A stretch of 61,933 nt of DNA, filler included. It is 3 parts of 3 records of this genome, joined end to end, with 100 filler letters (N's around TTAATTAATTAA, not from the genome) between each part and the next. Parts side by side here need not be neighbours in the genome. Positions count along the whole stretch, not along the records: positions 1 to 31,002 come from SRR22947727_1963; 2 more parts are not named here. One strand, given 5' to 3'. Of the stretch, positions 19,363 through 28,914 are shown piece by piece. The notes beneath the pieces were generated by a model. The model worked only from the letters and a program-made list of their open reading frames with translations. It made no database searches and was not told the DNA's origin. Made by a program: the position numbers and the translations under genes. How positions within the stretch are numbered: position 1 is the first letter of the stretch; the number at the start of each line of letters is the position of its first letter.

Positions 19363-21597
19363 TCAGAATTTGATTTCTGCTCCGATGAAGACGTTTGCGC
19401 CGGGCTCATTCTGGCCGGAGCCGTGGGTGCGGTAAGCTTCGTCGAGAATGTTTTCGACGCCCGTTGTGAGGAGCAGGTTTTCTGTGGCTTGCCATCCAGA
19501 GCGAAGCGTCACAAGCGTGTAGCCCGGCGTTCCGCCAACTGGAATTCGCTGAGTGTCGCGGACGTCGGAAGTGCTGAGCCGGTCGGCGTCATCAAAAACG
19601 GTTACGATTCCTTCGACCCACACGCTGTTGTCGTGGTTCTCCCAGCGAATCCCGCCAAAGCCGTTCAGAGGAAGCAATCGGCTGAGAACTTCGTCGCGAA
19701 GCACGGGAGCGGATGTCGGGAAGGTGGAGACCTGACTGTCCTGGTAGGCGAATCCAGCGAAGAGATTCCATTGATCGTTGACCTGATAATTTCCTGAAAT
19801 TTCAACGCCCTGAACATATCCGTCGCCGGAATTGAGCTTGGTGACTTCATCGAGTCCGTCGACGACACGACCAGTTGGCGTGCGCAGAATGAGATCGTTC
19901 ACCTGGGTGTAGAAATACGAAAGGCTTCCGGAGACTTTACCAGTTTCGGCTTTGATTCCGATTTCGTAGGTCATGAAATGCTCTGGATCCAAGTTGGGAG
20001 CTGGCGTTTCGATTTCTGAACTCCGGTTGGAATCCAGTCGCGAAAGATCGGAGGCATTCGGCGCACGGAATGCTTGAGAAACGCCTCCGAAAAGACGGAA
20101 CTGATCGGCATCATCAAGCTGATAAGACAATCGCCCACTGCCGACGAAGTTTTGCCAGCTGTTTTGGATTGAGATCTCGTCGCCACTTGCCGGATCTTCG
20201 ACACGATTGATATCGGCTTCGGCATAGGTGAAACGGCCGCCGACATCGAAGGTTAAACGATCGCCGATTGGAGTGGAGGAATTTACAAACGCACCGAGCA
20301 AATGATAGGTTCCATCGTCACCAACGGGTCCCTGGATTTTTGCCCCCTTGAATGAGCCATCAGCATTAAAATCGTTTCGGAACGAGCTGATTTGGTCTTG
20401 GTAATAATCGACCCCGTAGGACAAATCGGTGAATTCCAAATACTTGTCGAACTGAACTTGCGCTCCATAGCTATCAACCGTGAAACCCTGGATATCGATG
20501 CGGCCATCGCCTCGCTCGCGAAATCGTTCCTCCTCCTGCTGCTGGTGAGACAGGCTAACAACGTAGTGATCAAAGAAAGGAGAATCGGCTGCGCCTTCAA
20601 GTTGGGCATAACTCAAAATCCGGCTTTGATCGAGAACCCGCGCGTTTTCATCGCCAACAGTCGTCCCGGCAAAGGGCACGGCGAATTTCGTTTTGTGCAC
20701 ACGTGAGGCATCGTCGATGTGAACTTGCTGGTGGAATAAAGTCAGTCGGGTTTTATCATTCAGAAACAGCTCGAGCTTTGCATCGGCATCCCATTCATCG
20801 TATCCGGTGAATGGCAGCGTCCCCAAATCCGCTGCGCGGATATTTCCAAAATCTTTGTAGGTGCCTCCCAAAATCAGGCCGTATTTCCCTGCTTCGGAAA
20901 CGGTAAATTCATTCCGCTGAATGTAGCTGTTCTCGGCAGTGGCATAGCGGGAATAGCTTCGCCCGCCAGTATAGACGCCCTCTTCCGCGTACTCCGGCCG
21001 TCGAGTCAGGGCCTGAACCGTTCCGCCAACAGCATCGCTACCATAGATGACAGAGCCCTGCGATTTCACGAGCTCGATTCCGCTCAACCCTTGAGAATCC
21101 ACGGTGTTCCAATATTGATTGGGACCTGACCGAAAAACCGCATTGTTCAGCCGAATGCCATCGATCAGCAGTAAGTTGTGATAGGCGGTAAACCCTCGAA
21201 TAAACGGGGAGCCCTGACCGTGGGCGGTTTTCTGAACCAGGACGCCCGGAGTTTGTTCGAACGCTTCAGGAAGGCTGCGCACTGAGCGGTTTGCTAATTC
21301 GTCGGATAATAACGAATCGACAATGTAAGGCGCTTCGAAATTTGTTTTCGGGGTGCGAGTGGCCGTTGAAATCACCGGGACTGTGATTGGCTCCGCATCA
21401 GAAATAACGACGGAGCTGGTGTAGGATTTCCGAACATTCGGCTTCAGGCGTGTGGGAGTGGAGCTGACAACGGTCGTTTCAAGCTCTCCGATTTCTTCTT
21501 CTGCAGGGAAGCCCTCAGCCAACTCAACTGGATCTTCTTGAGAAAAAGTCCGGGTTGCCAGAAGCGAAATCGACAGGACGAGCGAAAGGTATTTCAT
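19363..21597 (-). CDS. TonB-dependent outer-membrane receptor
   Basis: Signal peptide from ATG 21597; plug PGVLVQKTAHGQGSPFIRG...LIDGIRLNN, SVIYGSDAVGG; FRAPN; GVENILD; C-terminal Phe. Confidence 0.93.
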   Translation of the reverse strand: MKYLSLVLSISLLATRTFSQEDPVELAEGFPAEEEIGELETTVVSSTPTRLKPNVRKSYTSSVVISDAEPITVPVISTATRTPKTNFEAPYIVDSLLSDELANRSVRSLPEAFEQTPGVLVQKTAHGQGSPFIRGFTAYHNLLLIDGIRLNNAVFRSGPNQYWNTVDSQGLSGIELVKSQGSVIYGSDAVGGTVQALTRRPEYAEEGVYTGGRSYSRYATAENSYIQRNEFTVSEAGKYGLILGGTYKDFGNIRAADLGTLPFTGYDEWDADAKLELFLNDKTRLTLFHQQVHIDDASRVHKTKFAVPFAGTTVGDENARVLDQSRILSYAQLEGAADSPFFDHYVVSLSHQQQEEERFRERGDGRIDIQGFTVDSYGAQVQFDKYLEFTDLSYGVDYYQDQISSFRNDFNADGSFKGAKIQGPVGDDGTYHLLGAFVNSSTPIGDRLTFDVGGRFTYAEADINRVEDPASGDEISIQNSWQNFVGSGRLSYQLDDADQFRLFGGVSQAFRAPNASDLSRLDSNRSSEIETPAPNLDPEHFMTYEIGIKAETGKVSGSLSYFYTQVNDLILRTPTGRVVDGLDEVTKLNSGDGYVQGVEISGNYQVNDQWNLFAGFAYQDSQVSTFPTSAPVLRDEVLSRLLPLNGFGGIRWENHDNSVWVEGIVTVFDDADRLSTSDVRDTQRIPVGGTPGYTLVTLRSGWQATENLLLTTGVENILDEAYRTHGSGQNEPGANVFIGAEIKF

Positions 21598-21721
21598 GTT
21601 TAAAGCGGTATCCAAATTGCGATTTTGGGTGCTAATTGTGACTAAAAATGGGGAAATTGCGAAAACAAATTCACCAGTGCCAATTAATCGCGAACTCACC
21701 GCATTCCTTCGTCAATCTTGG

Positions 21722-23254
21722 TCACTCATCCTTCGCGCCACCCAGCGTCACGGTGATGTCGTATTTGCTCTGCAAATGAGCGTGAGCACGACTTGCCTGG
21801 CTGCTTTTCGGGTGAGTTCGGCACGTGAGTTGAAAGGCTTTGATCGCGTTTTCCCGCTGGCCGGCTTGTTCATAAGTCTGAGCGATTTGAATCATCGCTT
21901 CGGGCGCGTTCCGTTCGTCTGATTTGCATTGGGCCAGCAGACTGAGCGCTTCTTTCCATTCTTTTAAGCGGCGATGGCAACTGGCCATCCGAAAGTAGTT
22001 CGACGGGAAACGATCGATTTGGCGATAGGTCTGAATGGCGTTTTTCCATTCTTTTTTCCCTTCATAGCACTCGGCGATCGCCCAGAGGTAATCATTCAGG
22101 CGGCTCGTGTCCGCATCAATCAGTTCGCGATAAACCGCAATGGATTCGTCGAGTTTCCCTTCCTCCCGCAGCATTCTGGCGATGGCTCCTTTGCCTGCGA
22201 TTTGGTTTTCGTATTTCAAATAAATGTCGCGTGCTTTGTCGCGCTCACCGTTGCCGCGATGATAAGCGGCGATCTGGCCGAGCAATGAATCATCACTGCC
22301 AAGGAGTTTCCCAATTCGTTCGTAGGTCGTGAGGACGCTTTCTTTTTTGCCAGCCGATCCATAGGTAGCCGCAATCCGATTCAGGGAGTCTCGAGCGATT
22401 TTCTTTGCGGGATCTTCCGAGACGTCGGTGGGGATTGATTTTTCAAAATGCGCAATCATTTGATCCGCCAGCTTCGAGGCTTTTTCTTTGGTCTCGTCGG
22501 CACGATTCAAATGCTGAATGGCGGGTCTTCCATATTCTGAAATGTAGTGATCTAAATTGTTGTCCTTTGTGTAAGTGGTTCCGAGTGCCTTTATGGCGTT
22601 GGCGAAATCTCCATTACGAAAATAAAACTGCGCCAATTCCCGGGAAGCCTGCTCGCAATGACCTTTCGAGTTTTCATTCCGTTTGGTTTCGAACGTGAGT
22701 TCTTCCAGCAGGTCCAATACCGTGTCGTTTTCCTGAGCGGTCTTTGCCATCTCCAGCAAATTCATTTTCGCTAAAATGGTGGTTTGTCCATCAGGATAGG
22801 CTTCCATCAATTGCCGATAAGCCGCGGTTGCTTTCTTAGTTTCGCCGATTTCCTGATAAGATTTTGCTATTAAATACGAAGCCATGACTGCTTCTTCCGA
22901 TTGTGGCCAGTAGTCGATGACCGATTGAAAGCCGTCACGAATCGCCGTGTTCACCTTTCGCAATTTCACAAGGCAATGACTCCACATCAGTTGCGAATAA
23001 GCAGCGCCAGAGCTCGTTTCGTAGAGCCCGAGAAATTTCTCATATTCATCGAGCGCGATTTTGTATTCGCCCTTCAGATAATGTTTTTCCGCAACCTTCA
23101 TCTGGTAGCGCTCCACCTCGCGCATTCCTTTGAAGGACTCGATCGGAATCTGTTCCGACCACGACAGCTTTTGGGCCAGCCCCGTTCCGGAAAGACTGAT
23201 TATTCCGAGGAGGACGGCGCAGAGTCGTTGTTTTGTTGAAGAGTATCGAGCCAT
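21722..23254 (-). CDS. Secreted tetratricopeptide-repeat protein (BamD/YbgF-like repeats)
   Basis: Signal peptide; repeated TPR helices (IAKSYQEIG, WAIAECYEG, IAQTYEQAG; 'YP/WP/HP' turns). Confidence 0.85.
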   Translation of the reverse strand: MARYSSTKQRLCAVLLGIISLSGTGLAQKLSWSEQIPIESFKGMREVERYQMKVAEKHYLKGEYKIALDEYEKFLGLYETSSGAAYSQLMWSHCLVKLRKVNTAIRDGFQSVIDYWPQSEEAVMASYLIAKSYQEIGETKKATAAYRQLMEAYPDGQTTILAKMNLLEMAKTAQENDTVLDLLEELTFETKRNENSKGHCEQASRELAQFYFRNGDFANAIKALGTTYTKDNNLDHYISEYGRPAIQHLNRADETKEKASKLADQMIAHFEKSIPTDVSEDPAKKIARDSLNRIAATYGSAGKKESVLTTYERIGKLLGSDDSLLGQIAAYHRGNGERDKARDIYLKYENQIAGKGAIARMLREEGKLDESIAVYRELIDADTSRLNDYLWAIAECYEGKKEWKNAIQTYRQIDRFPSNYFRMASCHRRLKEWKEALSLLAQCKSDERNAPEAMIQIAQTYEQAGQRENAIKAFQLTCRTHPKSSQASRAHAHLQSKYDITVTLGGAKDE

Positions 23255-24642
23255 TTGTTGTATTCAGAGTGTGAGTAAAAAATCACGTTGGTACCGAGTT
23301 GGTAGCAATATTCCCAAATTTCGCGCTTCACGCCGGCGTGGCCGTCAGCCCAGGCGTCGCCGATATCTCCGGGATGATAATAAGCAACGAGTCGGCCGTC
23401 GACGACCCAGCCCCAGGCATCTTTCCCGCCGTGAGGAGCAACGTAGGGCAGAAACGGAATTTGATAAGGAGTCGTGTGAATCGGATGATCGAGTGGAACT
23501 TTCACAGGTTTCACCTTCGGCAGAACTTTCTGCATCAGCCCGAAAAATTGCCCGTGCCAGCCGCCGCTGCCGCCGTTGTCGGCGAAGAGCATCCCGTGCT
23601 TGTCGGTGATGTATTCGCGCAACACTTCGACTTCCGAGTTTGAAATCGAAAGTCCCCGTTGACCAGTCATGTAGAGAAACGGTGGGCTTTTACCGATGGG
23701 GAAATTCTTCAGCTGCGAAATCGTGCGCGACTCGGTGCGATCATTCACTTTGTGGCCGGTGCGGATTCCGTATTCCAACAACATGTTCAAATCGGAGCCT
23801 ACGCCGAAATCTTGGTCCCAATCTCCGCCCTGATATTGGATTCTTATAAAACGGACTTTTCCTCGATTGGTCCCGCCAGAAAATCCCGCGCCTTCGCCTT
23901 TTCCGTAGCCGACTTGGTAAGCGTGTTTGGTCAGTTCCTGAAACTGCAGCTTGATGTCTTCGATCGGCGGAGGATTAAAAATAATCGAGCTGAACGGGTT
24001 GATGATCAGCTTCTTCTTGATCACTTTCTGAATTTTGACCACTTGCAGCTGAGCCTGCTCTCCACCGCCTGCTGGCATTTCATACATTTCCCGACAGCCC
24101 GGCAAACGAGTCAGTAGAAAAATCAGCAGAAAAAATACGACGAAGTAGCAAATAAAAGTCCACAGCGATTGATCGAGCTTTTGATTCTTTTTTCGAAAAT
24201 ACCACGCTTCCAAATTCGCCAAGTTCCAAACTCGAGTGCCATCAGTCATCGCAGCAGCAGAGTTAGAGACAGCAAATCTTCGCGATCCCAATTCAACATA
24301 CCAGATTGCTGCGGCGAGACCCGCGAGAAAGAGAATCGAAAGTCCAGTGATCGCGAGAAATTTAGCAACAGGCGACCACCCCAATTCACGCGCCGCGAAG
24401 ACCGACCACTGCCACGTGAGCAGGAAAACGGGAAGCTGACACCAGCGACGTTGTTCAGCTCTGAAATTTTGTCGGCGTGCCCATTTGAAATGCCACACCC
24501 AAATCCCGACGGAAGAGGCGGTGAAGCCGATCCAATGAAACCAAGTTGGGAGCAGGTACCACGCTGACCAATCTGCCCACAACATCATCCAAACGATCGC
24601 AAGGATCACTGGGATTTTGTTTTGTTTGAGAAAGTCAGCCAT
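23200..24642 (-). CDS. Membrane-anchored DUF4159-domain protein
   Basis: Several N-terminal TM helices; C-terminal RIQYQGGDWDQD, PFLYMTG, LREYI...GMLFADN, LDHPIH, GDIGDAW, LGTNVIFY. Confidence 0.8.
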   Translation of the reverse strand: MADFLKQNKIPVILAIVWMMLWADWSAWYLLPTWFHWIGFTASSVGIWVWHFKWARRQNFRAEQRRWCQLPVFLLTWQWSVFAARELGWSPVAKFLAITGLSILFLAGLAAAIWYVELGSRRFAVSNSAAAMTDGTRVWNLANLEAWYFRKKNQKLDQSLWTFICYFVVFFLLIFLLTRLPGCREMYEMPAGGGEQAQLQVVKIQKVIKKKLIINPFSSIIFNPPPIEDIKLQFQELTKHAYQVGYGKGEGAGFSGGTNRGKVRFIRIQYQGGDWDQDFGVGSDLNMLLEYGIRTGHKVNDRTESRTISQLKNFPIGKSPPFLYMTGQRGLSISNSEVEVLREYITDKHGMLFADNGGSGGWHGQFFGLMQKVLPKVKPVKVPLDHPIHTTPYQIPFLPYVAPHGGKDAWGWVVDGRLVAYYHPGDIGDAWADGHAGVKREIWEYCYQLGTNVIFYSHSEYNKWLDTLQQNNDSAPSSSE

Positions 24643-24685
24643 GGGGAGGCCTGATCATAGGGATTTCACCCACGAAAACAATCCT

Positions 24686-24732
24686 CACGAACGTACCCTA
24701 TCGAGTCATCGAACGCACCCTGTTGATTCGTG
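24686..24732. repeat. REP-like repeat, copy D (two tandem units)
   Basis: Minus strand reads cacgaatcaacagggtgcgttcgatgactcgatagggtacgttcgtg. Confidence 0.7.
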
Positions 24733-24752
24733 AATTTTTAGAACCAAGCGTA

Positions 24753-26345
24753 TTACTTCGACTTCTCTTTTTTCTTCCCCTGTCCTTTTTTCTTCGCTTT
24801 ACCAACGCCGTCTCCTCCTTCGGGTCGGCCATCTTTTTTCAAAAGTGGTGGCTTTTTATCAGTCACAGGCGCTGCGGAATTTCCAGTTGTGTGATCCATT
24901 TTCGCCATTTCCTGCCAGCGTTTAGCGAGCTTCGTAACAACGTCGGGATTTTTGTCCGCGAGATCATGCATCTCGGTTCCATCCGTTTCGATGTCGTAGA
25001 GTTCCCACTTGGCGCGACGATGACTCACGAGCTTCCATTTCCCCTGACGGATCGCGCGGTTGGTTGAGAACTGGAAATACAAATCGTCGTGAGGCTCGCG
25101 AGTTCCGTCATTGAAAATCGGGACGAGCGATTTCCCCTGCAACGCCTCCAGCTCAATGCCGGGCCATGATTGCGGATACTCCGTGTCAGCAACGTCGATC
25201 GCGGTCGCCATAAAATCGATGAGGTGTGCGGGTTGCGCGGTTATCGAACCTGCTTCAGCCTTCATCCCCGCAGGCCAGTGCGCGATCATTGGGCTGGAAA
25301 TTCCACCTTCGTGCTGATTTTGTTTATGAAGTCGAAATGGCACATTGCCGACGTGCGACCAGCCGGTGTCGTAGCACCAGTAACTTTCCGCGTCCCATGG
25401 CTCTTTGTCTGCGCCAGTGGTGCGGTCAAACGGACAAGCACCGTTGTCCGCGCACAGCATGATCAGCGTGTTTTCGTATTCACCCTTGGCTTTGAGATCT
25501 GCGACGAGCTTTCCGATGACTTGATCAACACGATCAACCATTCCTGCAAAAGCTGTCATGCGGCGGGAATCCCATTTTTTATCTTTATCCGAAAGCGAAT
25601 TCCACGCAGGAACCAATTCAGGACGCGGAGCAGGGTCCCAGCTTTCCGGATACAACCCGAGCTCGCGCTGTTTTTTGAGACGCGCTTCACGAATGACATC
25701 CCAGCCGGCATCATATTTGCCTTCATATTTCCGATAATCTTCTTCGCGAACATGCAGCGGGTAATGCGGCGCGTTGAATGCGACGTAGAGGAAAAACGGC
25801 TTCTCTTTGTCAGCCGTGTTCATCTCATCGAGAAACAGCTTCGAGTAATCGTAAAACGCATCCGTCGTGTAGAAATCGTCGTCGAAGTCATCCCACTTGT
25901 TGCCATTCAGGCGAAACGTATCGTCTCCCGTGAAGAAATTGGTCGCTCCCGAGAGGTGGCCGAAATATTTCTCGAATCCTCGATCAGTCGGTTCTTTATC
26001 GAGGTGCCATTTCCCAACCATGGCAGTCGAGTAACCCGCTTTCCCCAGCACTTCCGCAAGCGTCACGCCCCGATTCAATTTGGCCGAACCGGCCTGATTG
26101 CAATACAGCCCCGTCAGCAGTGAAACCCGCGATGAATGGCATTTCGCCGTGTTGTAGAACCTAGAGAACCGCAATCCACCCGAAGCCAGTGCATCGATAT
26201 TCGGCGTTTCAATTTCTGAGCCATAGCAGCCGAAATCTGAGTATCCCAAATCATCAACCATCATGAGGACGATGTTGGGGCGATCAGCAGAGAAGGATAA
26301 CGCCGCCGAAAGGATGATAAGGAAAAACGCGGAAAGAAATTTCAT
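24753..26345 (-). CDS. S1 arylsulfatase (CHSSR variant motif), secreted
   Basis: PNIVLMMVDDLGYSD, CHSSRVSLLTG, GKWHL, APHYPLH, DNGA, HEGGISSP; Lys/Gly-rich tail. Confidence 0.94.
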   Translation of the reverse strand: MKFLSAFFLIILSAALSFSADRPNIVLMMVDDLGYSDFGCYGSEIETPNIDALASGGLRFSRFYNTAKCHSSRVSLLTGLYCNQAGSAKLNRGVTLAEVLGKAGYSTAMVGKWHLDKEPTDRGFEKYFGHLSGATNFFTGDDTFRLNGNKWDDFDDDFYTTDAFYDYSKLFLDEMNTADKEKPFFLYVAFNAPHYPLHVREEDYRKYEGKYDAGWDVIREARLKKQRELGLYPESWDPAPRPELVPAWNSLSDKDKKWDSRRMTAFAGMVDRVDQVIGKLVADLKAKGEYENTLIMLCADNGACPFDRTTGADKEPWDAESYWCYDTGWSHVGNVPFRLHKQNQHEGGISSPMIAHWPAGMKAEAGSITAQPAHLIDFMATAIDVADTEYPQSWPGIELEALQGKSLVPIFNDGTREPHDDLYFQFSTNRAIRQGKWKLVSHRRAKWELYDIETDGTEMHDLADKNPDVVTKLAKRWQEMAKMDHTTGNSAAPVTDKKPPLLKKDGRPEGGDGVGKAKKKGQGKKKEKSK

Positions 26346-26532
26346 GATCAGAGTGGATAATGACGTGTTCCCGGCTGGGATTCAATCGCTCGATTGAGGG
26401 GGAGGTAATGTGGGCTTTCAGATAGAGGTGAAAATCTTGACAATGAAGAACTGATTGATTTTGATGCCTCTCACAAGTCACGCGCACTCGATTGTGCCGC
26501 AATAAATTTGGACATTCGCTCATAACAAAATC

Positions 26533-27172
26533 ATGAAAATAGTAGTCGCAATCTCGATAATCGCAGTATTTATGGTCTCTTGCTCATCCGACGAGCAGTT
26601 AGCTGCAGATGCATAGGCGGCATACGACAGCGGTGAATACGAGGCGGCCATCCCCCTTTACACGAAGGTCATTGAACTTGATTCGAATAACCCCGGTTTT
26701 TTCGCCAACCGAGGGAATTGCCACTCATATTTAGAACAATTTGACAAAGCATTCGCCGACTTTGACAAATCTATCGCCGTTGCAATTGAAATGACTGGGA
26801 ACCGAGATGACCCTCGGCTGGCTTTCCTTTTTTATAATCGTGGCTACGCCAAAGAAAGATCAGGAGATTTTGGCAGCGTACTGAATGATTACGGGGAAGC
26901 ATTGCGGGTTAACCCTGAGTATCCAGATGCGCACTTCGCGATGGGAAAAAAGCGGGCGAGTTTGCAACCATTGAAGCAAGGCAAGAGAATATGAAAAATC
27001 CGTCAGATTTGGACACGCTGGCTGTAGCTCTTGCCGAAATCGGAAATTTTGATGCTGCGGTTGAAACTCAGGAAAAGGCTATTTCTCTCGCCACGTCGAA
27101 AGAAGAAAAAAGGAATTTTCTGATCGCTTAGCGCTATTTCAAGATGGCAAGCCACACAGGGAAAGTAAGTGA
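26533..27172 (+). pseudogene. TPR lipoprotein pseudogene (one nonsense codon, two frameshifts)
   Basis: MKIVVAISIIAVFMVSC lipobox, TAG at 26614-26616, TPRs (FANRGNCH, FYNRGYAK). Frame then changes to LRDGKKA...LDTLAVALAEIGNFDAAVETQEKAI, and again to KEFSDRLALFQDGKPHRESK*. Confidence 0.8.
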
Positions 27173-27345
27173 TTTGTAGCCAAGATTCCAGGAGCACTTG
27201 CAGGCAGTGATTCCCGAGAAGTGCCATGATCAGATTTCAGCAGCGCTTCAGTTTGCATCTGAGATGGCTAACTTTCAGATTTCTGCCTTGGAGGCTGTTG
27301 AATGAATTTTCGGATCGGTGATCCAAATCAAACCCCGCAACCATT

Positions 27346-28773
27346 TCAATCCGCATTCCCAAACTGATGCTTCCCCTGCCGTGAATTCTTCAGTTCCTCG
27401 GGCGTATCCACCGCAGCACCGGGATCATTCTGAGCCTTCATCCACGCATCCAATTCAGCGCTGAGTTTCTTTTTCAATTCAGCGTGAGCCGGATCATCCG
27501 CGAGATTTTTCATTTCATAGGGATCGCTCGCCGTGAAATAAAGCTGCTCGGCGGGACGGCTCATGTAGCGTTTTACGAGATCGTAGGCGGGCTTTTGCTT
27601 GAGTGGATCTGCTCCGACCCATGTCGCCCAATACGGATTATTAAAACGTCCGCCGCCCATGAGGTGTTTTTCAATGTAAAGCTCGTCAGGCATCAAATTT
27701 CGAATGTAGCGGAATTGGCCATCAGTCACCGTGCGGATCGGATAGGACGGGCCTTCGGGAAGATTGTTGTGAATTCCGAAAGCAAATTCACGATGGGTGT
27801 CTGCTTTGCTGAGCAACACGTCGGCGAAGCTGATGCCGTCAAAGGTTTGATCGGTTGGGTTTTTGGCTGAGGCAAGCTCGAGCAACGTTGGGGCGATGTC
27901 AGCGTATTGAACGATGGCGTCGGTCCGTTTTCCGGCAGCGATTTTATCTGGCCATGAAGCAACCAAAGCGGTGTGAACGCCGGTATCCCAGTTTGTCCAT
28001 TTGCAACCGGGGAACTGAGACCCTTGCTCGGACGTGAAAAGAACGATGGTCTCTTCCTTTTTGCCGGAAGCTTCGAGCGCAGCCATGATATCGCCGACCT
28101 GGCCATCCATGTATGTGATTTCAGCGAGGTAATCACCGAAGTGATCGCGGGTCAGAGGAGTATCAGCAAGGTTGGCGGGCAGCTTGATTTTCTTTGGCGG
28201 ATATTGAGAGGCATCGCCCATTGTCCACGGAACGTGCGGATCAACGAGAGCAACCACGAGACAAAACGGCGCTTTGTCATCGCGGGTCATGAATTCATTC
28301 ATGGGTGCGAGATCATGATCCTGGGTAACATCCCGAACGCAGCTTTTTTCGAAACCGGGAACAACTTCAAAAGGAAATGTTTTAGCGGGTTTCACATGAA
28401 CTTTTCCAGAAAGTCCGACGCGATAGCCAGCCGGCTCTAGAAAATGCGGAAGGCTTTTGGTTGTCGCGCGACTGGCTGAATGATTCCACGCGCAGCCATT
28501 TCGCATTGGGAATTGGCCGGAATAAAGTTCAGCGCGACACGGCTGACACATCGCTTCTGAAAGGTAAGCGTTGTTAAATGTGAGTCCGCCCGCAGCCAGC
28601 GCATCGATATTGGGCGTCTTCGCGTTTCGCCCGCCATAGATCGACAGATCATTGTGGGTGCAATCATCAGCGACGATGATGAGGAAATTCGGCTGATCAG
28701 CTGCCTCAATTTTTCCCGAAAAGAAAAGGGTAGTGATGGCCAGTGCCACTCCTGCAGCAAGTCGGTGTTTCAT
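27346..28773 (-). CDS. S1 sulfatase / sulfamidase-like, secreted
   Basis: Signal peptide from ATG 28773; PNFLIIVADD, CQPCRAELYSG, GKVH, DPHVPW, SEQG, YIRN. Confidence 0.93.
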   Translation of the reverse strand: MKHRLAAGVALAITTLFFSGKIEAADQPNFLIIVADDCTHNDLSIYGGRNAKTPNIDALAAGGLTFNNAYLSEAMCQPCRAELYSGQFPMRNGCAWNHSASRATTKSLPHFLEPAGYRVGLSGKVHVKPAKTFPFEVVPGFEKSCVRDVTQDHDLAPMNEFMTRDDKAPFCLVVALVDPHVPWTMGDASQYPPKKIKLPANLADTPLTRDHFGDYLAEITYMDGQVGDIMAALEASGKKEETIVLFTSEQGSQFPGCKWTNWDTGVHTALVASWPDKIAAGKRTDAIVQYADIAPTLLELASAKNPTDQTFDGISFADVLLSKADTHREFAFGIHNNLPEGPSYPIRTVTDGQFRYIRNLMPDELYIEKHLMGGGRFNNPYWATWVGADPLKQKPAYDLVKRYMSRPAEQLYFTASDPYEMKNLADDPAHAELKKKLSAELDAWMKAQNDPGAAVDTPEELKNSRQGKHQFGNAD

Positions 28774-28914
28774 TTTAAAATTGAGCCGTATCGAACCCAA
28801 TTCGACAAGCTCACAATGATGCGACGAACTAAGAAAAGGTAGAATTTTTAGAAAAGTTCTATGCTGGATGCCGCTGTATCGTTTCAGACTTTGAACCACA
28901 CCCATACAAAACCC

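Noticed and set aside
25170-26123. Long antisense ORFs (also 10555-11214, 11809-12567, 15560-16312, 18001-18660, 54452-55102)
   Set aside because: They lie wholly within well-supported genes (antisense or alternate frame), show no motifs, and are expected in GC-rich coding DNA.
26614-26616. In-frame TAG in the TPR lipoprotein as pyrrolysine or amber read-through
   Set aside because: It is not at a catalytic position and the same gene has two frameshifts, so decay is the simpler explanation.
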